Assembly: GCA_964016885.1 (NCBI GenBank) | Contig: OZ024756.1 | Coordinates: 30,132,001 to 30,196,000, forward strand | Reading direction: 5' to 3' | Length of the DNA stretch: 64,000 nt | Source of the DNA: Eledone cirrhosa | Lineage: Eukaryota | Part shown: positions 38,673 through 51,202 of the stretch, piece by piece | Layout of the letters: the number at the start of each line of letters is the position of its first letter | Position numbering within the stretch: position 1 is the stretch's first letter | The notes under the pieces: model-generated | What the model saw: the letters and a program-made list of their open reading frames with translations, nothing else | Databases searched by the model: none | What the model was told of the DNA's origin: nothing | Program-made: the position numbers and the translations under genes

Positions 38673-38676
<4 letters not shown>

Positions 38677-38933
38677 GATATTAAATAAATGGAAACTATA
38701 TTTATAAAACCATATCTATTTCATTATACATATTTCAGGGATACCAAATTAAAATATGGTATGCCTTCATCAGAATATGTATAATGAAATATGTATAATG
38801 ATATAAATATGGTTTTATAAATATAGTTTCCATTTATTTAATATCGTATATCTACTCCAAAAACTTGTCGAGTGCTTTATAGCAGTTATAAAATATTTAC
38901 TTGTTGTATCCCAACAATTTTAAATAGAACTTT

Positions 38934-38936
<3 letters not shown>
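38673..38936. mobile_element. PLE family D fold-back element with hammerhead core (minus strand 38722-38776)
   Basis: Arms 38673-38736 / 38786-38851 and tail 38852-38936. Minus strand CTGATGA-agg-cataccat...tggtatc-cct-GAAA-tatg-TA. Confidence 0.75.
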
Positions 38937-38969
<33 letters not shown>

Positions 38970-39168
38970 GAGAGAGAGAGAGAAATATACGTACATATAT
39001 GTGAAATGGAGAGAGAGATGGATATATAGAAGCTAGAAAAATAGGTAGGTTGATATAATAAAAGAACAGAAAATACTATATATTGCAACATTTATTTGAT
39101 CTTGCAGTATAGCTTTGAGTTATAGCGATGTCATGTCCTTATCTCTATATTAGATAGATACATATAAA

Positions 39169-39268
<100 letters not shown>

Positions 39269-39381
39269 TCTCTCTATATATCTATCGATATATCTGTCTA
39301 TCTATTTATTATCTCTCTATCCCCCCCCCTCTCTCTCTTTCTCCATATATATATATATATACATATATATAGATACCCCCC

Positions 39382-39455
<74 letters not shown>

Positions 39456-39987
39456 CGAAACATAAGTCAATTGCATATATATATATATAGATACATATAT
39501 ATACATATATATAGATACATATATATATATATATATAATACTATACACTGCTATACACTGTATACCAAAGTTAGTCAAATTTCTTTAGGCTATGGCCCAA
39601 ACCATTATTGTGGTGACCTATTCTTTTGCATAACATTAACATAGAATCTCCCAGAACAAAGCAACATCTCCATCAATGTCAAAAGATCAGTGTGGTTCCA
39701 CGTATATATATGTGACAATTGCTTTATTCTTTTTCTTATTATTGCAGAACTTTCAGTAACTGGCTCCAGCATTTCTATGACTTTGCTGCTGAAAAGCGAA
39801 AGGAAAAAAATGTCATGAGGACTGAATAATTATATAACGATACAATTCCACGCAGCAATGTAATATCAGTAATGAAATCAACAGCATAGATAGATATTAG
39901 AAATGTTATACAGTAAATATAACCCTCCGTCGGTCTATACGATGGTTATATCAGTAGTTCGACTTACTGATTAATGATTTTTGATTT

Positions 39988-40341
39988 AGGCTACCAATTT
40001 TGGGGGAGACGGGAAAGTCAATTAAATTAATCCTAGTGTAGGCACAAGATCAGCAATTTTTGGTGAGAGGGGAGAATCGATTAAATTGACCCCAGTTCAG
40101 GCACAAGATCAGCAATGTTTAGTGAGAGGGGAGAATCGATTAAATTGACCCCAGTGCAGGCACAAGACCAGCAATTTTTGGGGAGAGGAGAGAATTAATT
40201 AAATTGACCCCAGTGCAGGCACAAGACCAGCAATTTTTTGAGGAGGAGAAAGTCGATTAAATTGACCCCAGTGCCTGAATGGTGCTTTATTTTATCATCA
40301 CCCTAAGGAAGAATGTCAAAGCTAACCTTGGCGGTATTTGC
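39988..40341 (-). repeat. SINE (long variant, minus) whose 3' part is tandemly amplified as a 59-bp unit x4-5
   Basis: Units start at 40040, 40099, 40158 and 40217 ('aggcacaag..cagcaatttt...gattaaattgaccccagt') and continue into the SINE body. Confidence 0.85.
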
Positions 40342-40617
40342 ACATACTTTTCTCTGTGACAAGAACATATTTAATAAGTAGGCGTGCATTTAATTCCTAT
40401 CTAATATAAACAATATTTTAAATCTGCTTTTATTCATAACTAATCGCTTGCTGTGGAAAACAAAACAACTCTTTTATACACAATTAACCAACTACTCAAC
40501 ATATGTTTTTCCGGATAAAAATAACATTCTTCTTTTCATATTACTAAAAGGAATCCAGGCTAATTTAGCACAGTTACGTAACTGCTTTGTTTTTGCGTCC
40601 AATGAGATAAAATAACA

Positions 40618-40978
40618 TGGATTGGCAGTATCAGTAGATCATCGGACACCATGCTTTGCAGCACAGAGTTACGGCCCTTTACGGTCTGAGTTCAAATTCC
40701 GCCGAGGTTAACTTTGCCTTTCATTCTTACAGGGTCGATAAAATAAAGTAATAGTAATGCACTGAAATAATTGCTGGCCTTATCAGAGCGGTGGATTGGG
40801 TGTATCGGTAGAGGGTCGGACGCCATGCTTTGCAGCATAGAGTTACGCCACTTTACGATCTGAGTTCAAATCCTGCCGAGGTTAACTTTGCCTTTCATCC
40901 TTCCCGGGTCGATATAATAAAATACCAGTAATGCACTGAAAATAATTGCTGGCCTTGTGCCAAAAGTAGAAACAATTA
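40618..40978 (+). mobile_element. Two tandem SINE copies
   Basis: 40618-40780 and 40788-40978 match the consensus. Confidence 0.9.
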
Positions 40979-41238
40979 TCTGTATTTCTTTAAAAAACTT
41001 TAAAAGACCCTCTTCAATTTATTTTCTGTACTGACTATGATTCTTGTGTTTCTTTGGGACTCTCATTATCCAAATCCCCAATTAACGTCCTGACGATTCT
41101 TTAGTATTATATGATCACTCGTTATTGAAACGAGTGTAGAAATTAATAAAACAATCTGAAATATTACTTTCGTTGTCGACTGTTTATATATCTATCTATA
41201 TCTATATCTATATATATATCTATGTATATATACATATA

Positions 41239-41267
<29 letters not shown>

Positions 41268-41269
<2 letters not shown>

Positions 41270-41385
41270 GTTATATTTGGAGATGGTCATTTTGCCAATT
41301 GAACACACGCACCATATAACTTTCACTTTAGTTTATTCTTCCGTCAACACACGATTTCAAATTAAAATTCTTGCAGAACAAATAT
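41268..41385. mobile_element. Diverged PLE family B tail fragments in inverted arrangement
   Basis: 41268-41330 resembles 35346-35410. 41346-41383 is the reverse complement of ~35298-35338. Confidence 0.6.
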
Positions 41386-41397
41386 TTACATATATAT

Positions 41398-41465
<68 letters not shown>

Positions 41466-41713
41466 GTTTGTGTGTGTGTGGGGGTATATGTGTGTGCTAA
41501 AAATGATATGGAGTCTCAGTCGGCTTAGACGGTGATTATTCCAATTCACTGAGCAACTGAATAAATCAAGTAAAGTTAGTAATGTTGTTTTTAATTTAGG
41601 CAACTCACGAAGATTGTCTAAGACTAATTTGATGATACCTTACGATTTATTGAGGCGTTTTGATAATTTGAAATTTGTAAAGTACGAAACCAAACAACAG
41701 TTTCGTTATAAAT

Positions 41714-41901
41714 AATGGTTTCTGATTTAGGCACAAGGCCAGCAATTATCCCAGTGCATTACTGGCACTTTATTTTATCGACCCCGTAAGGATGAAAAGC
41801 AAAGTTAACCTGGGTGGGATTTGAACTCAGATCGTAAAAAAGCTGTAATTACATGTCGCAAGTCGTGTTGTCAGATGCTCTACCGACACAGCCAATTCAC
41901 C
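41714..41901 (-). mobile_element. SINE, minus strand
   Basis: Reverse complement of the consensus. Confidence 0.85.
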
Positions 41902-42242
41902 ACTCTCTATCGCTATAAATAATAATAGATTTAGAAAATCGGTTGAAACAGCTTTAGGGACAGCAAAAGGGGGTGAGCAGTCACTACAACGAAATCCAGC
42001 CAAGCAAATATTATTCATAACGATTTGGGGTTTCAATTCAAACGTTTCATATATTTGATACTTGTTTTGAATGAATTTCAAAAACATTCATTTGCTGCTC
42101 TATAGACAAATGGCGATTCAGTGTAGTATCTCGCAGGATATATGCTGTTTTGCACGATCTATACTCGCAAGAATTTAGCCTCCCCACAAAATTTTTGGGC
42201 TTGTGCCTAAATCAGAAAGCATTATTTTTTATAGCCATGAAG

Positions 42243-43147
42243 GGCGGTGGATTGGCAGAATCGGCTGAGCGTCAGACAACAGTTTTTGCTAGATATAGTT
42301 ACGGCTTTTTTTACGTTCTGAGTTTAAATCTCACCTAGGTTAACTTTGCTTTTAACCTTACTAGGGCGATAAAATAAAGTATCAGTAATGCACTGGGGTC
42401 GATTTAATCGACTTTTCCTCTCCCCTTTAAAATTGTTGGCCATGTGCCTAAAGCAGGATTGGCAGTATCGGTAGAAGGTCGGACGCCATGCTTTCCAACA
42501 TAGTTACGTCCCTTTATGATCTGAGTTCAAATCCCGCTGAGGTTGACTTTGTCTTTCATCCTTACGGGGTCGATAAAATAAAGTACTAGTAATACACTGG
42601 GTAATTGCTGGCCTTGTGCCTAAAGTAAAAACAATTATTTACAACGATACAACAACAATAAGAACAACAATAATGGCTTCTGATTTAGGAACAAGAGCGG
42701 TGGATTGGCAGTATCGGTAGAGGGTCGGACGCCATGCTTTGCAGCATAGAGTTACGGCTCTTTATGATCTCAGCTCAAATCCCGCCGAGGTTAACTTTGC
42801 CTTTCATCCTTATGGGGTCGATAAAATAAAGTACCAGTCACGCACTGGGGTCGATTTAATCGACTTTCCCCTCCCCCCAAATTACTGGCCTTGTGCCTAT
42901 ATAAGAAACCATTATTTATTGGGATAGAAGGCGGTGAATTGGCTGTGTCGGTAGAGCATCTGATAACAGGATTTGCAGCATATAATTACGGCCTTTTAAC
43001 GTTCTGAGTTCAAATCCTGTCGAGGTTAACTTTACCTTTCATGCTTACGAGGTCGATAAAATAAAGTACCAGTAATACACTGGGATCGATTTAATCCACT
43101 TTCTCCTTCCACTTAAATTGTTGGCCTTGTGCCTAAATCAGAAACCG
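42243..43147 (+). mobile_element. Array of four SINE copies (long and short variants)
   Basis: Units at ~42243-42452, 42456-42637, 42698-42913 and 42929-43147. Confidence 0.9.
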
Positions 43148-45305
43148 TTATTGTTATTGTTGTTGTTCTTGTTGTTTTTGTCATTTGTTATTGTTGTTGT
43201 TCTTGTTGTTTTTGTCATTTGTTATTGTTGTTGTACTTGTTGTTCTTGTCATTTGTTATTGTTGTTGTTCTTGTTGTTCTTGTCATTTGTTATTGTTGTT
43301 GTTCTTGTTGTTCTTGTTGTTCTTGTCATTTGTTATTGTTGTTGTTCTTGTTGTTCTTGTCATTTGTTATTGTTGTTGTTCTTGTTGTTCTTGTCATTTG
43401 TTATTGTTGTTGTTCTTGTTGTTCTTGTCATTTGTTATTGTTGTTGTTCTTGTTGTTCTTGTCATTTGTTATTGTTGTTGTTCTTGTTGTTCTTGTCATT
43501 TGTTATTGTTGTTGTTCTTGTTGTTCTTGTCATTTGTTATTGTTGTTGTTCTTGTTGTTCTTGTCATTTGTTATTGCTGTTGTTCTTGTTGTTCTTGTCA
43601 TTTGTTATTGTTGTTGTTCTTGTTGTTCTTGTCATTTGTTATTGTTGTTGCTGTTGTTCTTGTTGTTCTTGTCATTTGTTATTGTTGTTGTTCTTGTTGT
43701 TCTTGTAATTTGTTATTGTTGTTGTTCTTGTTGTTCTTGTCATTTGTTATTGTTGTTGTTGTTGTTCTTGTTGTTCTTGTCATTTGTTATTGTTATTGTT
43801 GTTGTTCTTGTTGTTCTTGTCATTTGTTATTGTTATTGTTGTTGTTCTTGTTGTTCTTGTCATTTGTTATTGTTATTGTTGTTGTTCTTGTTCTTGTCAT
43901 TTATTATTGTTGTTGTTCTTGTTGTTCTTGTCATTTGTTATTGTTATTGCTGTTGTTCTTGTTGTTCTTGTCATTTGTTATTGTTATTGTTGTTGTTCTT
44001 GTTCTTGTCATTTGTTATTGTTGTTGTTCTTGTTGTTCTTGTCATTTGTTATTGTTGTTGTTCTTGTTGTTCTTGTCATTTGTTATTGTTGTTGCTCTTG
44101 TTGTTCTTGTCATTTGTTATTGTTGTTGTTCTTGTTGTTTTTGTCATTTGTTATTGTTGTTGTACTTGTTGTTCTTGTCATTTGTTATTGTTGTTGTTCT
44201 TGTTGTTCTTGTTGTTCTTGTCATTTGTTATTGTTGTTGTTCTTGTTGTTCTTGTCATTTGTTATTGTTGTTGTTCTTGTTGTTCTTGTCATTTGTTATT
44301 GTTGTTGTTCTTGTTGTTCTTGTCATTTGTTATTGTTGTTGTTCTTGTTGTTCTTGTTGTTCTTGTCATTTGTTATTGTTGTTGTTCTTGTTGTTCTTGT
44401 CATTTGTTATTGTTGTTGTTCTTGTTGTTCTTGTCATTTGTTATTGTTGTTGTTCTTGTTGTTCTTGTCATTTGTTATTGTTGTTGTTCTTGTTGTTCTT
44501 GTCATTTGTTATTGTTGTTGTTCTTGTTGTTCTTGTCATTTGTTATTGTTGTTGTTCTTGTTGTTCTTGTCATTTGTTATTGCTGTTGTTCTTGTTGTTC
44601 TTGTCATTTGTTATTGTTGTTGTTCTTGTTGTTCTTGTCATTTGTTATTGTTGTTGCTGTTGTTCTTGTTGTTCTTGTCATTTGTTATTGTTGTTGTTCT
44701 TGTTGTTCTTGTAATTTGTTATTGTTGTTGTTCTTGTTGTTCTTGTCATTTGTTATTGTTGTTGTTGTTGTTCTTGTTGTTCTTGTCATTTGTTATTGTT
44801 ATTGTTGTTGTTCTTGTTGTTCTTGTCATTTGTTATTGTTATTGTTGTTGTTCTTGTTGTTCTTGTCATTTGTTATTGTTATTGTTGTTGTTCTTGTTCT
44901 TGTCATTTGTTATTGTTGTTGTTCTTGTTGTTCTTGTCATTTGTTATTGTTATTGCTGTTGTTCTTGTTGTTCTTGTCATTTGTTATTGTTATTGTTGTT
45001 GTTCTTGTTCTTGTCATTTGTTATTGTTGTTGTTCTTGTTGTTCTTGTCATTTGTTATTGTTGTTGTTCTTGTTGTTCTTGTCATTTGTTATTGTTGTTG
45101 TTCTTGTTGTTCTTGTCATTTGTTATTGTTGCTGTTCTTGTTGTTCTTGTCATTAGTTATTGTTGTTGTTCTTGTTGTTCTTGTCATTTGTTATTGTTGT
45201 TGTTGTTGTTCTTGTTGTTCTTGTCATTTGTTATTGTTGTTGTTGTTGTTCTTGTTGTTCTTGTCATTTGTTATTGTTGTTGTTCTTGTTGTTCTTGTCA
45301 TTATT
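43148..45305. repeat. 34-bp TTG-rich minisatellite (GTCATTTGTTATTGTTGTTGTTCTTGTTGTTCTT)n fused to a SINE tail
   Basis: Period 34 (gtcatt at 43461 and 43495). An ~1006-bp internal duplication is marked by the variant 'gtaatttg' at ~43705 and ~44711. Confidence 0.95.
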
Positions 45306-45734
45306 ATTAATCTTTTTTTTTTTAAAATAAAAACTTTATTAACTTCAGTTTGTTTCTGTAAACGAATGCCAGAGCTATAATTTTGGCGATATTAATGAAT
45401 TCCTCAAGAATCTGTGTGGTGAAATTGTAGAATTGATTAGGAGTTGTTTGATTGGAGAAAAAGAACAGATCGATGCCAATCAAAGACGAAGATGACCAAA
45501 ACCTGATATTATCTTTCTACAATAGACCAGCCATTATTCCATCGTTACACATCCTAAAATAGACTAATATTTCACTACTGAATCAGTTCTAATTTTCAAA
45601 GATTTCTAAACGATACACGTTGTATCTGTTATATGACTACTTATAAAATATAGACATCGATATACACACACACAGACGGAATAGACACGAAGTTATGTAT
45701 ATGTAATATATGTAATATATGTATGTATGTAGAG

Positions 45735-45775
<41 letters not shown>

Positions 45776-45859
45776 CAAATGCATTTGTATATATACATAT
45801 ATTTAAACATATACATGTGCATATATGTATATATGTGTATATGTACATACATACATATA

Positions 45860-45918
<59 letters not shown>

Positions 45919-45945
45919 ATCTATATATATATATATATATATATC

Positions 45946-46070
<125 letters not shown>

Positions 46071-46118
46071 ATAGATAGATATACATATATATATATTTAT
46101 GTATATATATATATATGA

Positions 46119-46158
<40 letters not shown>

Positions 46159-46279
46159 ATATTTATATATATATATATATATATGAACCTAATTACCTAT
46201 ATACGTATTTAATATATCCACTGATAACATATTTACTTACATACACACATTCATACATTCATACATTAATACATACATT

Positions 46280-46337
<58 letters not shown>

Positions 46338-46497
46338 TACATATATACATACATACATAAAGAAATATATAATAATCGTGAAAGAGAGAAAAATAAATAG
46401 ATTATCGTCTATTATCGTTCTCCATATTAATTTAGAGCCAGTATGATAGATAGATTAGGGGATAGATTTATAATATTGATTTATTGATTATGTATTC

Positions 46498-46564
<67 letters not shown>

Positions 46565-46612
46565 TATATAAATATATATATATATATATGTATAATTATA
46601 TATATATGGATA

Positions 46613-46775
<163 letters not shown>

Positions 46776-46830
46776 TTATATATATATACAAATATACATA
46801 CATATATACTTATATATATATATGCATAAT

Positions 46831-46910
<80 letters not shown>

Positions 46911-47521
46911 TATATTATTATGTGTGTATATATATAATTATATATATAATCATATATGTAATTATATATATATATAAACACAAAAACATGACTGTAAGTA
47001 GGAAGGTAGTTAGATAGGATGGTATGTATATGTAGGCATCTAGAGAGGTAGGTAGTTATCTCTCTATAGATAGATGAGATGAAACAGAAAAGAAAAAGAG
47101 AAAGATAGATTGAAAAAAAAAGAAAGATGGCAGCTGGATGTCGAAATACAGTATTGCATGAAAATATCGAAAAATTTCAAAAGAAACGAAGGCAGATAGA
47201 AAGAAATTAAGTTAGAAATAGATCTAGACAGGGAAAGATGTCGGTGAGTGAAGCGTTTCTGATTGATATATAGAAATTATGTTTAGAATGGGATTGACGA
47301 GGAGGGACGTGAGGAAATTTGGTAGGTTCTCTATGTAGACTTGTTATAATCAAACGAATAAATTGAGTCGACGAAAATAATTGTAGGAGTATTTACAGTT
47401 GAAAATGGAGCATAAAAATGTATAAATGTATAAATGTATAAATGTATAAATGTATAAATGTATGAATATAAGAAGGTATAGCGCTATGAAGGTGTGTAGG
47501 TTGGTAGACTGGTATTTATGC

Positions 47522-47561
<40 letters not shown>

Positions 47562-47564
<3 letters not shown>

Positions 47565-47747
47565 AAAAGTGTTAGGACCCCTAAGGCTGAGCTCCGGTCG
47601 TTTCGACAGCTAGATCCGACAGCTGTCGAAACGCCTGGAGCTTAGCCGTCGGGGTCCTCATATTTTCCTAATACCCACTCTACTACCCTAAGTATCGAGT
47701 ACTTTGGTGCCTTATGGTCCCCCTGTTTCCTTACCACACTTTCTTTG

Positions 47748-47749
<2 letters not shown>
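47562..47749. mobile_element. PLE family A fold-back element (diverged subfamily, opposite orientation)
   Basis: Short arm aggaaaag...tttcgacagct, long arm agctgtcgaaacg...ttctttgtt, in (TA)n. Confidence 0.8.
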
Positions 47750-47791
<42 letters not shown>

Positions 47792-48370
47792 CTGTGACTA
47801 TGTTTAAATATATACATATATATCCTTATGAATTTATTCTATACTCCCTTTCGGTCGAGTAAACCTTAGGCGGTAATTAACTGTTCCTGCTAGCGGCAAA
47901 CCTACCTGCCATCCGTTGGCCACGTGATGATTCTTACCCATTTTAAATTCATTTATGGCGGCGATCAGTGTGAAAATCTTATTCCTCTCGAGCAAGTCTC
48001 TTGATAAGCTCGAAACCTCATGAATAATACCAGGATTGGACATATCCACAAAGTACGAGCGAAACTATCGATAGTCGGGACTAGAAGAATTTTGGTAAAG
48101 TTTATATACATTTTTTCTTCAAACTTGCTTTTTAGACTTAGCTCCGTTTAATTGATTATTTGTCTAGTTAATTTCTACGGGCTAAGAAGAAAGACTTGGT
48201 AAATTTTATCTAGCTGTTCCTCACGAGCGATAGTCTGTGTCATTTATCTGTTGTTTCTTCGAAGTTACATTTTAAACTTAGCTCCTTTTAAATGATTATT
48301 TATCTGCTTGATTTCTACGGACTAAGGAGAAGAAAAATTGGATATATTTTATCTGTCGGTTCTTCAAACT

Positions 48371-48414
<44 letters not shown>

Positions 48415-48470
48415 AACAAACATACATACATACATACATACATACATACATACATACATACATACATACA

Positions 48471-48533
48471 TGATGGCTGCCCCCTCGTTATCGAGTATGG
48501 CCATTGCACAAAAAAAAAAAAAAAAAAAAAAAA

Positions 48534-48611
<78 letters not shown>

Positions 48612-48673
48612 GACAACAACAATAATAATATACATATTCATATATATATACACACACACGCACGCACATAAGC

Positions 48674-48711
<38 letters not shown>

Positions 48712-51146
48712 GATAGCAACTAACAGTGCTGCGATCGAATGTGGCTTTTTAGCCCAGCCAATGATCCAAAATGTCTTGCACAGAGTCGGCAACCAAAACA
48801 TTTACTGGGAATAGTCGGCTGTGGTTGGAGTTCGTGTACTTTTGCATGTCGCTTGAGTCCTCCTGCTGATTTACATTCTCTACCACATGTTTGGCAAGCA
48901 TGATGAGTAGCATCTCCAACAGCAGCCTGGTAGTCAACCACTGGTCTTACTTTATGACTGCGAAGATGACTTTCGAGTCCAGCTTTGCTTAGGCAGAGTC
49001 TCGCACAGACGCTGCATGTCAGAAACATAGGAGGACCCTCGCCGTCTGGAAGTGCAACAGCAATACCCTTCCTCACGTCCCGCTTTACTTTCTCGTGTGC
49101 GATTCGAGATGCCTCAAAGGCAACTTTTCCCTCATATACAGTCTTTCTCCATTTATTACGATCAGCAGCAATATTTTCCCATGTATCAGCAGAGATGTTA
49201 GCGTCTTTCAGAGAGGCCTTCAAGGAATCCTTATACCTCTTTTTTGGTTTATGTGGCGGTCGTTTTCCTTTAACCAACTCTCCATAGAAGAGTTGTTTTG
49301 GTATTCTAGAATCCTTCATCCTGGCAAGGTGACCACTCCAACGGAGTCGCTGCTTAAGCACAAGAGCTTCTATACTGTCACAGATAGAGCTTTCCAAAAT
49401 CTCGACATCACTGATGTGGTCCCTCCAGCGAACGCCATGTATCCGTCTGAGACACATCTGATGGAAACGCTCCAATTGCTTAAGGTGGCGTCGATATGTG
49501 ACCCAGGTCTCGCAGGCATAAAGAAGACAAGAGAGTACACATGCCCTGTACACCTTTACCTTTGTCCTCCTGCATATGTCTCGCCGACCCCAGAGTCGCC
49601 TTTCTAGCTTTCCGAAAGCATCACTTGCTTTCCTAATCCTAAGTGAGATTTCACTGTCAAGGTTGCCGTATCGATTGACAGTGCTTCCCAGGTAGACAAA
49701 CTGATCAACCACTCCAAGTCGTTTGCCATACACATAGATGTTTGGTTCAGTGTACTGCCTACCAGGTGCAGGTTGGTACATGACGACGGTTTTCTTGAGA
49801 CTGACAGTCAAACCCAGGGCAGTGCAAGCGTCAGAAAATACATTCAAAATGTGCTGCATATCACTCTCTGTGTGCGCTACAAGATCGCAATCATCTGCAT
49901 ACAAGAGGTCTCTTATGACTGATGTAAATACTTTTGTCTTCGCAGCAAAGCGCCTGATGTTAAATATGCTGCCTGAGGTTCGATATCGGATGTAAACACC
50001 ATGCTCGCAATTCCTGAATGCAATACAGAAAACCATTGCAAAGTATATGGCAAACAGGGTCGGTGCTGGAATATCCCCCTGTTTCACTCCATTTTTTACT
50101 GAGATAGGCTCCGACATGCTACCTCCGACATTAACCCAAGCCTTCATGTCGTCATGGAAAGACCTAACTAAAGCAAGGAACTTATCAGGGCAACCAAGCT
50201 TCTGGAGAACCTTCCATAATGCATCTCTGTTGACAGTATCGAAAGCCTTTGTCAGATCGACAAAAACCTGATACAGATCCAAGCCCTGTTCAATGCACTT
50301 CTCCTGGAGCTGTCTAGCTGAGAAGATCATATCAGTAGTGCCGCGTCCAACACGAAAACCAGATTGACTTTCAGGAAGGACACAATCTGCAATGTGTGTC
50401 AGCAGACGGTCCAGAAGCACCCTACATAAAACTTTCCCCACGACAGAAAGCAATGATATACCTCTGTAGTTCCCACAATCATTCCTGTTACCCTTTCCCT
50501 TGTACAAGACCACCATTACTGCATCTCTCCAGTCCTCAGGCACGGATTCATTAGCCCATATCCTTCCAAACAGAGAGTGAAGATGTTGCAGGAGTCTCTC
50601 ACCACCATATTGTAGGAGCTCAGCATGTATGCCATCCATACCTGGAGATCTTCCACTGTTCAGCTTCGAAATAGCCACTGCAACCTCCACAAGTGTCGGA
50701 GGCTCTGCGAGAGCTACTTTCACAGGACTTTCCGGAATGAGATTGAGGAAATCTTCACTGACGACAGACGGCTGATTCAAAAGATCATCAAAGTGCTCCC
50801 GCCACCTTCGTAGAATTCCCTGTGAGTCACGAAGAAGTTCTTTGCCATCCCTGCTGCGAATCGGTGTCACCAGAGAAGAAGACGGTCCATAAACCTCACG
50901 CAAGAGACTGTACAACAGCTTTGTGTTATTGCAATCAGACGCAGTTTGTATCTCACCAGCCTTCTCACTCCACCACTGATCCTTCATCTGAGAAAGACTC
51001 CGCCTAACACGTGATTTTACATCCCTGAGCTCCTCATGCAACGTATTCCTCTCCTGTGGTCTTGCCGTCAAGCAGCGTGACAGAGCGCGCCTCTTATCAG
51101 CCAACAAATCATCTATATGCACATCTTTCTCATTAAACCAGTCCTG
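48471..51146 (-). mobile_element. RTE-clade (BovB-like) LINE, 5'-truncated, inserted in (CATA)n/(TATG)n
   Basis: Both ends abut (CATA)n. The 3' terminus reads 'ggccatactcgataacgagggggcagccatca'-(TGTA)n. Confidence 0.92.
48720..51146 (-). CDS. RTE ORF lacking the N-terminal APE domain: RT plus three C2H2 zinc fingers (808 aa retained)
   Basis: QDWF, RWREHF, GRSPGMDGI, YRGISLLS, ESQSGFR, DLTKAFD, GVKQGD, LYADD, YLGS, LRWSGH, RIPKQ. Fingers CSVC..H..H, CQTC..H..H, CRLC..H...H. The track's first 26 aa are microsatellite. Confidence 0.93.
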   Translation of the reverse strand, partial: QDWFNEKDVHIDDLLADKRRALSRCLTARPQERNTLHEELRDVKSRVRRSLSQMKDQWWSEKAGEIQTASDCNNTKLLYSLLREVYGPSSSLVTPIRSRDGKELLRDSQGILRRWREHFDDLLNQPSVVSEDFLNLIPESPVKVALAEPPTLVEVAVAISKLNSGRSPGMDGIHAELLQYGGERLLQHLHSLFGRIWANESVPEDWRDAVMVVLYKGKGNRNDCGNYRGISLLSVVGKVLCRVLLDRLLTHIADCVLPESQSGFRVGRGTTDMIFSARQLQEKCIEQGLDLYQVFVDLTKAFDTVNRDALWKVLQKLGCPDKFLALVRSFHDDMKAWVNVGGSMSEPISVKNGVKQGDIPAPTLFAIYFAMVFCIAFRNCEHGVYIRYRTSGSIFNIRRFAAKTKVFTSVIRDLLYADDCDLVAHTESDMQHILNVFSDACTALGLTVSLKKTVVMYQPAPGRQYTEPNIYVYGKRLGVVDQFVYLGSTVNRYGNLDSEISLRIRKASDAFGKLERRLWGRRDICRRTKVKVYRACVLSCLLYACETWVTYRRHLKQLERFHQMCLRRIHGVRWRDHISDVEILESSICDSIEALVLKQRLRWSGHLARMKDSRIPKQLFYGELVKGKRPPHKPKKRYKDSLKASLKDANISADTWENIAADRNKWRKTVYEGKVAFEASRIAHEKVKRDVRKGIAVALPDGEGPPMFLTCSVCARLCLSKAGLESHLRSHKVRPVVDYQAAVGDATHHACQTCGRECKSAGGLKRHAKVHELQPQPTIPSKCFGCRLCARHFGSLAGLKSHIRSQHC

Positions 51147-51169
51147 ACATACATACATACATACATACA

Positions 51170-51202
<33 letters not shown>

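Noticed and set aside
43118-45380. Long Cys/Val/Leu-rich ORFs
   Set aside because: 34-bp minisatellite artefacts.
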